From NCBI GenBank assembly GCA_029258795.1, contig JAPDKB010000002.1, positions 172,192 to 236,191 of the forward strand: a DNA stretch of 64,000 nt, given 5' to 3'. Positions 58,507-64,000 of this stretch are shown here, in pieces; the first letter of the stretch is position 1, and every line of letters begins with the position of its first letter. The stretch comes from an archaeon. GTDB lineage: Archaea; EX4484-52; WAPT01. Made by a program: the position numbers and the translations under genes. The notes beneath the pieces were generated by a model that was not told where the DNA came from, ran no database searches, and saw only the letters and a program-made list of their open reading frames with translations.

Positions 58507-58524
58507 TCTTCAGCACCTCCAGCT

Positions 58525-59691
58525 TCAATATGATGAGCTGACCTCGCTTCCATCCACAATTTCCACATGACCGCTCTTAACCGTCCTCGCTTTTTCAACC
58601 ACATAATTCAGCGTTGCCTTGTTAACATCCACCCCTCCGAGCCCCACAACAAAATCCACCACTTTTGGCTTGTCTTTTTCATCGTAAAGCGCGTCCCTAA
58701 CCTCCAGGTACACCGCCCCCGCATTACCCAAAGATATGTTTCTGTCGAGCACAACCACAGCATCCCTATCTTTCAGCACCTCTACAATTTCATCCTTCGG
58801 GAAGGGCCTGAAGGTTCTTATGCGTACAAGACACACATCTTTCAGCTCGTCCTTATCGATCATGTCTTTTATCGTGCCGCATACCGACCCCATGGCAACC
58901 AGAGCAATGCTACCATCTCCGTAAACCTCCAGCAGCCCATCCCCGTATACTCTACCGAATTGTTTGGCATAGATATCATGCACCTCTTTAATCACTTTCT
59001 TTGAATTCCAAACAGCTTCAGCCAGCTGCTTCCTCAATCTTGCATAATCAGCCGGAAAGCCGAGAGGACCCATAGTTAACGGCTTTTTAGGATCGAGCTT
59101 GTAAGGGTAGTTGAACTTGCCCAGGAATTTGTGCACCTTTGACTTCGGAGGAATCTCAACCGGCTCGTAAACGTGAGTCAAATAAAACCCGTCCATGCAC
59201 ACCATGACTGGCAGAAGCACGTTCTTATTCTCCGCAATTTTATATGCCTGCACGACACTATCCACAACCTCCTGCACGCTCTCGCAGTATATCTGGATCC
59301 ATCCAGAGTCGCGTTCAGCAATGCTGTCCTGATGGTCATTCCATATGTTTATCGGAGCGGAAAGTGCTCTGTTGGCTATCACCATAACAAGTGGCAAGCG
59401 CATGCCAGCTGCAGCAAAAACAACCTCATGCATTAGCGCTAAGCCCTGCGAGCTTGTTGCGGTGAAGCTTCTTGCTCCGGCTGCAGTAGCGCCAAGAATG
59501 GCCGAGATGGCTGAGAACTCAGCTTCCACATTAACGAACTCGCAATCAATCAGGCCATCAGCATGCATTTTGGCAAGCTCCTGCACTATGTGTGTCTGGG
59601 GAGTGATGGGATAAGCTGCAATAACTTTAACATCGCAGTTAGCAACAATCCTCGCTACAGCCTGACTGCCTTCCATAACCTCTCTTGCCAT
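58525..59691 (-). CDS. porA: Pyruvate/2-oxoacid:ferredoxin oxidoreductase alpha subunit
   Basis: AYPITPQT, TATSSQGL and NRALSAPINIWNDH motifs. Confidence 0.95.
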   Translation of the reverse strand: MAREVMEGSQAVARIVANCDVKVIAAYPITPQTHIVQELAKMHADGLIDCEFVNVEAEFSAISAILGATAAGARSFTATSSQGLALMHEVVFAAAGMRLPLVMVIANRALSAPINIWNDHQDSIAERDSGWIQIYCESVQEVVDSVVQAYKIAENKNVLLPVMVCMDGFYLTHVYEPVEIPPKSKVHKFLGKFNYPYKLDPKKPLTMGPLGFPADYARLRKQLAEAVWNSKKVIKEVHDIYAKQFGRVYGDGLLEVYGDGSIALVAMGSVCGTIKDMIDKDELKDVCLVRIRTFRPFPKDEIVEVLKDRDAVVVLDRNISLGNAGAVYLEVRDALYDEKDKPKVVDFVVGLGGVDVNKATLNYVVEKARTVKSGHVEIVDGSEVSSSY

Positions 59692-59704
59692 GATCACATC
59701 ACCG

Positions 59705-59992
59705 TCATTTCGATTCCACGACACTGCTTATGGCCTTGAACGGGCACTCCTCCATGCAGATCAGACAGCCCTTGCAGTAATCGTAATCGATGGTGCATTT
59801 GGGTTTGTCGTATCCCTTAACTTTTTTTATCGTTATACACCCTTCCGGACAGAACTTCTCGCAGATGCCGCAGCCGGTGCACTTTTCCAGATCCACCACG
59901 GGTCTGAAGGTGCGCCAGCTTCCGGTTTTATTCCTTGCGGTGCTTCCAACATCGATTATTATTCCACCCGGAAGGTCCTTTGTTTTCGGCAT
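59705..59992 (-). CDS. porD: POR delta subunit (2x[4Fe-4S])
   Basis: TGSWRTFRP, CTGCGICEKFCP and CKGCLICMEECP motifs. Confidence 0.95.
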   Translation of the reverse strand: MPKTKDLPGGIIIDVGSTARNKTGSWRTFRPVVDLEKCTGCGICEKFCPEGCITIKKVKGYDKPKCTIDYDYCKGCLICMEECPFKAISSVVESK

Positions 59993-60001
59993 GAAAACAC
60001 C

Positions 60002-60553
60002 TCAGTTTTTCATGGATTTGTATATGGTTTCGGTTGCCTTTTTGTTCAGTTTGGCCACCTCTGGCTTTGAGGCGAACATTTCATCTATTGCTTTTTTAAG
60101 ACCGTTCAAGCTCACCAGTCCCGAAATCGATGCAAAAGCTCCGAGCATTATCACATTGACGAATGGTTTTCCGATTATTTTGAGAGCTATGTTCGTGGCA
60201 TCTACATGATGAATGTTGATTCCTTTCGCACTCTTAAGCTTATCAGGTGCATGGGTGGAATTGACTATAACCGTGCCACCTTCCTTAACCCTGCTTATAA
60301 CATCCACGTTATCCAGCAATGCAGCATCAAGCACGAGCAGGTAGTCGGCATGATAAACCTGCTGCCTGAGCTTTATTTGCTCATCACTTATCCTGCAGAA
60401 GGAAAAGACAGGAGCACCTCGTCTCTCCACACCGAAGAATGGAAATGCCTGTGATTCTTTTCCATCATGGAAAGCTGCCTTCGCAAGAACGTATGCGGAA
60501 GTTACGGCACCCTGACCTCCTCTACCCAGAACGGTTATCTCGTGCATTGTCAT
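60002..60553 (-). CDS. porG: POR gamma subunit
   Basis: GRGGQGAVT and FPFFGVERRGAPV motifs. Confidence 0.95.
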   Translation of the reverse strand: MTMHEITVLGRGGQGAVTSAYVLAKAAFHDGKESQAFPFFGVERRGAPVFSFCRISDEQIKLRQQVYHADYLLVLDAALLDNVDVISRVKEGGTVIVNSTHAPDKLKSAKGINIHHVDATNIALKIIGKPFVNVIMLGAFASISGLVSLNGLKKAIDEMFASKPEVAKLNKKATETIYKSMKN

Positions 60554-60586
60554 GTCATAGAATAAAGTACGAGGTAGTTAATAAAG

Positions 60587-60762
60587 TTAACGTCGTCCCT
60601 CCACAATCTGCCCAACAATCTCGATCGGTTTTTTCGCATCTTCCACTGCTGCTTTACAGTCATCTCTGGATATATTGAACTCAAGACCGTAAAGTATCTC
60701 ATGCCTTTCCAACCGGTACGCGTCCATGGCAATCTCTTCTTGAAGCAATCCTCTAACTTCAT
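60587..60762 (-). pseudogene. Internally deleted HEPN toxin remnant
   Basis: Start MKLEDCFKKRL overlaps the MNT stop; another frame holds the C-terminal DAYRLERHEILYG...AVEDAK; far shorter than an intact HEPN gene. Confidence 0.6.
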
Positions 60763-61316
60763 TCCACCACCGGGAGCTCACCGTAGAGGGGTAAGCCGTA
60801 GGTTATTACCTCTCTATAAAAGGGTGTGTTTTCCTTGTATACTTTTTTCCATTCACCCCAGCTCATCCAGATCAATTGTATCTTCCGGTTTATTTTTCCT
60901 TCGAATAGTGAAATGTCTTTTAGAATTTTATCATTTCTCTTCCCCCCAATGACAAGCAAGTCGATGTCACTCTCTGCGGAGTCCAAACCTTTTGCAGCAG
61001 AGCCGTAGAGGATGATGCAGTAGAGAGCAGGTACTTCCTTCTTAAGAAATTTCAATAATCCCGATTTTTCTATTTTCCACACAGTATAGGCTACCTTGGT
61101 ATACCGGAAGGAAACATTCTCAACATTGGCCCTCAATATCCTCATTCTTCCCCTAAACTCTTCCACAAGCAATTCCTCACGGACAAGAACATCGACAAGC
61201 TTTTTAAGAAATGACGGAGAAATCTCTAACTTCCTTGCAAGCTCCCGTACATAAACCTCTTCATATGGATGATCAAAAAAATAGCCGAGCACTTTCCACA
61301 GATTCTCGCTGAACAT
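60759..61316 (-). CDS. HTH-MNT fusion antitoxin
   Basis: YVRELARKLEISP HTH; ILYGSAAKG...SDIDLLVIG. Confidence 0.88.
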   Translation of the reverse strand: MFSENLWKVLGYFFDHPYEEVYVRELARKLEISPSFLKKLVDVLVREELLVEEFRGRMRILRANVENVSFRYTKVAYTVWKIEKSGLLKFLKKEVPALYCIILYGSAAKGLDSAESDIDLLVIGGKRNDKILKDISLFEGKINRKIQLIWMSWGEWKKVYKENTPFYREVITYGLPLYGELPVVE

Positions 61317-61349
61317 ACAATGTTTCTATTTTTCAAACAATATAAATTT

Positions 61350-61391
61350 TTGTTCTCATTTCACGAACAAATGTTCTCAATTTGAGAACAT
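61350..61391. promoter_or_regulatory. Two tandem 21-bp palindromic operator-like sites next to the TATA box of the HTH-MNT gene
   Basis: TTGTTCTCATTTCACGAACAA then ATGTTCTCAATTTGAGAACAT (perfect 10-bp inverted repeat); TTTATA on the minus strand at 61346-61341. Confidence 0.65.
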
Positions 61392-61436
61392 TCGGGTCCT
61401 TGTTCTGTTGAAATTGGATTCCGAAAAAGAGAACGG

Positions 61437-61514
61437 TGGTGGTCCGGGGGAGATTTGAACTCCCGACCTCCCGCTTATCAGGCGGGCGCTCCGACCAGGC
61501 TAAGCTACCGGACC
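61437..61514 (-). tRNA. tRNA-Ile (GAT), no intron, CCA encoded
   Basis: GGTCCGG/CCGGACC-A-CCA; CCCGC-CTGATAA-GCGGG; GGGAG-TTCAAAT-CTCCC. Confidence 0.96.
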
Positions 61515-61571
61515 ATGGAGAAGATGGAGCACACAGATAAGATATTGGCGGGAGCTTTTTAAATTTTCTCA

Positions 61572-62279
61572 TTACGCCCGTTCCAGAACGGCTTTTCCTG
61601 GTTTTAAAGCGGGCTCATCCCGGCAGCGTCTCACGAGCTCCATGCGTATTGGCGGTTCTTCTTTCAGCTCCACGGCGGCACCTATCAAACCATCGTGCGG
61701 AGCATAGTCATTACCTATAAAACATTCGCAATCATCGAGCTTTATCCTTTCGTGGTGTGGGAGCTTAACGCGCAGGAAACTTTCAAGAGCAGATTCGGGA
61801 TCGGGATCGCAGCTCACGAACTCCAAAATGTCAGCGCAAGATAGCTGTGAAAGCACAACTCCCATCACCGTGGGTTCAACAGCGTAGAGACCATAAATCT
61901 CTATCTCGAGAGAGGGACGTGTGTGGCGAGGAGTTTCGATTTCTATGTGGAGTTTTGGTTTGTGTCCGTATTTCAATATGGGGTTTGCGTGATCCTTGGG
62001 GTAAAGGTTGATATCCACGCTGCAGTGCTCGTCATAATCTTTTTTGGAAGAAAGATAAAAGCTCTCGATCTCGCTCGCAATCAATTCCGTCATTTCATCC
62101 CTCGATTTCTTTCTGGAAATGCTACCGAGATAGGAGGATGTGGTGCCGAACTCTCGCGTGGATACCACCGCAAGGAAATTATCACAACCGGCAGAGCGCG
62201 CCCTTTCAGCGAATTCATCGAACACGTTATCCACGGTTTCCTGAAGAAAAAGCGTTCTGTAGTGCTCGCGCATTCGCAC
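61572..62279 (-). CDS. Hypothetical protein
   Basis: 235-aa ORF with GAGG RBS; no recognisable family. Confidence 0.6.
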   Translation of the reverse strand: MRMREHYRTLFLQETVDNVFDEFAERARSAGCDNFLAVVSTREFGTTSSYLGSISRKKSRDEMTELIASEIESFYLSSKKDYDEHCSVDINLYPKDHANPILKYGHKPKLHIEIETPRHTRPSLEIEIYGLYAVEPTVMGVVLSQLSCADILEFVSCDPDPESALESFLRVKLPHHERIKLDDCECFIGNDYAPHDGLIGAAVELKEEPPIRMELVRRCRDEPALKPGKAVLERA

Positions 62280-62499
62280 ACCTCAAAACCGTTGAATCAG
62301 ACATGGGAGGCGAGCTCATCGCAAAGTGCTCGCGTCACCTCCTCCTCATCATCTAATAATTGTTTTTGTTGGGATATTTAAAAAGATTAAACGTTTAGAA
62401 TCCCGCTTCTGTAAAAATTTTGTAAAATGTGTTGTACGAGTGTTATATGAAAAAGTTAATATATGGGATGTTTCTTAATAGTGATAGGAGGGTGATCAA

Positions 62500-64000
62500 A
62501 TGGATACCAGAGCTTTCATTCTGTTTGGATTGATGTTCCTGTCCTTATCCGGAATTGTTATTATCGCTTCCCACAACGCCGCTTTCTTTAAAAACATAAC
62601 CGGACATCTGTTGAGGGAGCTGGCTTCAGGTTCAACTTTAGTGGTAAATCAAACATCTCCAGCGTGCACGACGGGGGATGCTTACTTCTCAACCATACAG
62701 GCTGCTCTCAATGCAGCAGTTAATGGCGACACCATTATTGTTTGCCCTGGAACATACACGGAAAACGTGGATGTAAATGTGTCTGTTGAAATACGCTCTT
62801 ACTCCCAGAACCCCAAAGACACGATAGTGAACGCTTCCAACTCCGGAGACCATGTTTTTAACGTAACGGCAGACAACGTTACAATCCTCGGATTTACTGT
62901 AACGGGAGGAGACACTGTGGATGAAGAAATAGCAGCGATATACATCTACAACTCAAGTTATTGCAAAATCGAGAATGTGAACATATCAAAAAATTATTAC
63001 GGAATTCATGTTGATCATTCCAGTAACACCACTATACTCGATAGCATCATCTCGGGCACGTTCTTTGGTGGTATCTACCTTGATCATTCCAGTAACAACA
63101 CTATCATGAACAACACTTTTGTATCAACCGGGTTGTGGGTGGATGAATCTTTCAACAACACGGTCATCAACAATACGGTTAATGGAAAGCCCCTCGTTTA
63201 TCTAGAGGGCGTATCAGACTATGTTGTGGAAGAAAATGCAGGTCAGGTTATTGCCATCAACTCAAACAATATAACGGTGCAAAACCAAAATCTCTGCTCC
63301 ACAAATGTGGGCATAGAGTTCTGGAACATCAACAACAGTAGGATAGTGAACAACACCATCTCTAATAGCAAATTCGGAGTCTACCTTAAGTTCTCATCTT
63401 ACAATAGCATCCTGAACAATGATGTTTCTAATGGATTAGGTGGTATTGCTCTCATAAACTCAACAGATAATCTAGTTATGAAAAACAATATCTCACAAAA
63501 CTTAGTGGGAATTTTGCCTAAAAATTCGACCAACAATGTAATTTATCTCAACAACTTTGCCAATCGACTTGATGAGGTTCAGTCCGAAAATTCAAGAGAT
63601 ATATGGTATTCCCCCCATAAATTTGTTTACAAGTACAACGGGAGTCAATACAGAAACTATATTGGAAACTACTGGAGTGATTATAACGGGAATGATGCTG
63701 ATGGAGATGGAATTGGGGATACTTCTTATTCAATCGATAAGAATAATACGGACATCTTTCCTTTAGTGCAGCCGTGGGAGAACTACCTCTTGCTTTGGAA
63801 CGGCACGGCGGTGCTGGTGGTAAATCAAACCTCTCCCGCATGCCAAGCATCATCTCCGGAAGGATTGTACTATTCAACCATACAGGATGCGGTCAACGCT
63901 GCAATTGATGGTGACACCATTATTGTTTGCCCTGGAACATACACGGAAAACGTGGATGTAAATGTGTCTGTTGAAATACGCTCTTACTCCCAGAACCCCA
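62500..64000 (+). CDS. Secreted parallel beta-helix (NosD/CASH) repeat protein; runs off the window end and is absent from the ORF track
   Basis: ATG 62500 after GGAGGGTGA; N-terminal TM followed by ITG; TIQAALNAA..GDTIIVCPGTYTENV; Asn ladders; GNYWSDY.G.DADGDGIGD; second module starts near 63815. Confidence 0.9.
   Translation, partial: MDTRAFILFGLMFLSLSGIVIIASHNAAFFKNITGHLLRELASGSTLVVNQTSPACTTGDAYFSTIQAALNAAVNGDTIIVCPGTYTENVDVNVSVEIRSYSQNPKDTIVNASNSGDHVFNVTADNVTILGFTVTGGDTVDEEIAAIYIYNSSYCKIENVNISKNYYGIHVDHSSNTTILDSIISGTFFGGIYLDHSSNNTIMNNTFVSTGLWVDESFNNTVINNTVNGKPLVYLEGVSDYVVEENAGQVIAINSNNITVQNQNLCSTNVGIEFWNINNSRIVNNTISNSKFGVYLKFSSYNSILNNDVSNGLGGIALINSTDNLVMKNNISQNLVGILPKNSTNNVIYLNNFANRLDEVQSENSRDIWYSPHKFVYKYNGSQYRNYIGNYWSDYNGNDADGDGIGDTSYSIDKNNTDIFPLVQPWENYLLLWNGTAVLVVNQTSPACQASSPEGLYYSTIQDAVNAAIDGDTIIVCPGTYTENVDVNVSVEIRSYSQNP
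62728..64000 (+). repeat. Direct repeat: 62728-62815 is identical to 63913-64000 (88 nt, up to the window edge)
   Basis: GACACCATTATTGTTTGCCCTGG...CAGAACCCCA occurs twice, 1185 nt apart. Confidence 0.92.

Noticed and set aside
60550-61514. Integrated element at tRNA-Ile
   Set aside because: No integrase, and no duplicated tRNA 3' end found by eye in the window

Overview
This window is archaeal chromosomal DNA. The evidence is EF-1alpha, uS10, aIF5A, Nob1, archaeal AlaRS, CCA-adding enzyme and Adk, BHB tRNA introns, TATA-like promoters and GGAGGTGA-type RBSs. The gene repertoire (class III signal-peptide pilin operon, long orphan coiled-coil proteins, giant surface proteins, POR fermentation operon) suggests a DPANN lineage such as Aenigmarchaeota; this is inference only. 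It holds about 55 protein genes, three tRNAs (Met with two introns, Cys with one, Ile with none), a decayed IS, MNT/HEPN modules and two further pseudogenes. Four observations stand out. (1) A 3090-aa secreted multi-domain adhesin is fused through one TM helix to a cytoplasmic HerA/VirB4-like ATPase and coupled to a coiled-coil gene. (2) tRNA-Met and tRNA-Cys carry homologous T-loop (59/60) introns whose excised circles are predicted to fold into the same rod, with compensatory changes. (3) The tRNA-Met anticodon intron looks like a box C/D guide for C34 of its own tRNA. (4) An unannotated 30-aa ORF resembles bacterial bS22/mS38. All calls come from reading motifs by eye; no searches were run.
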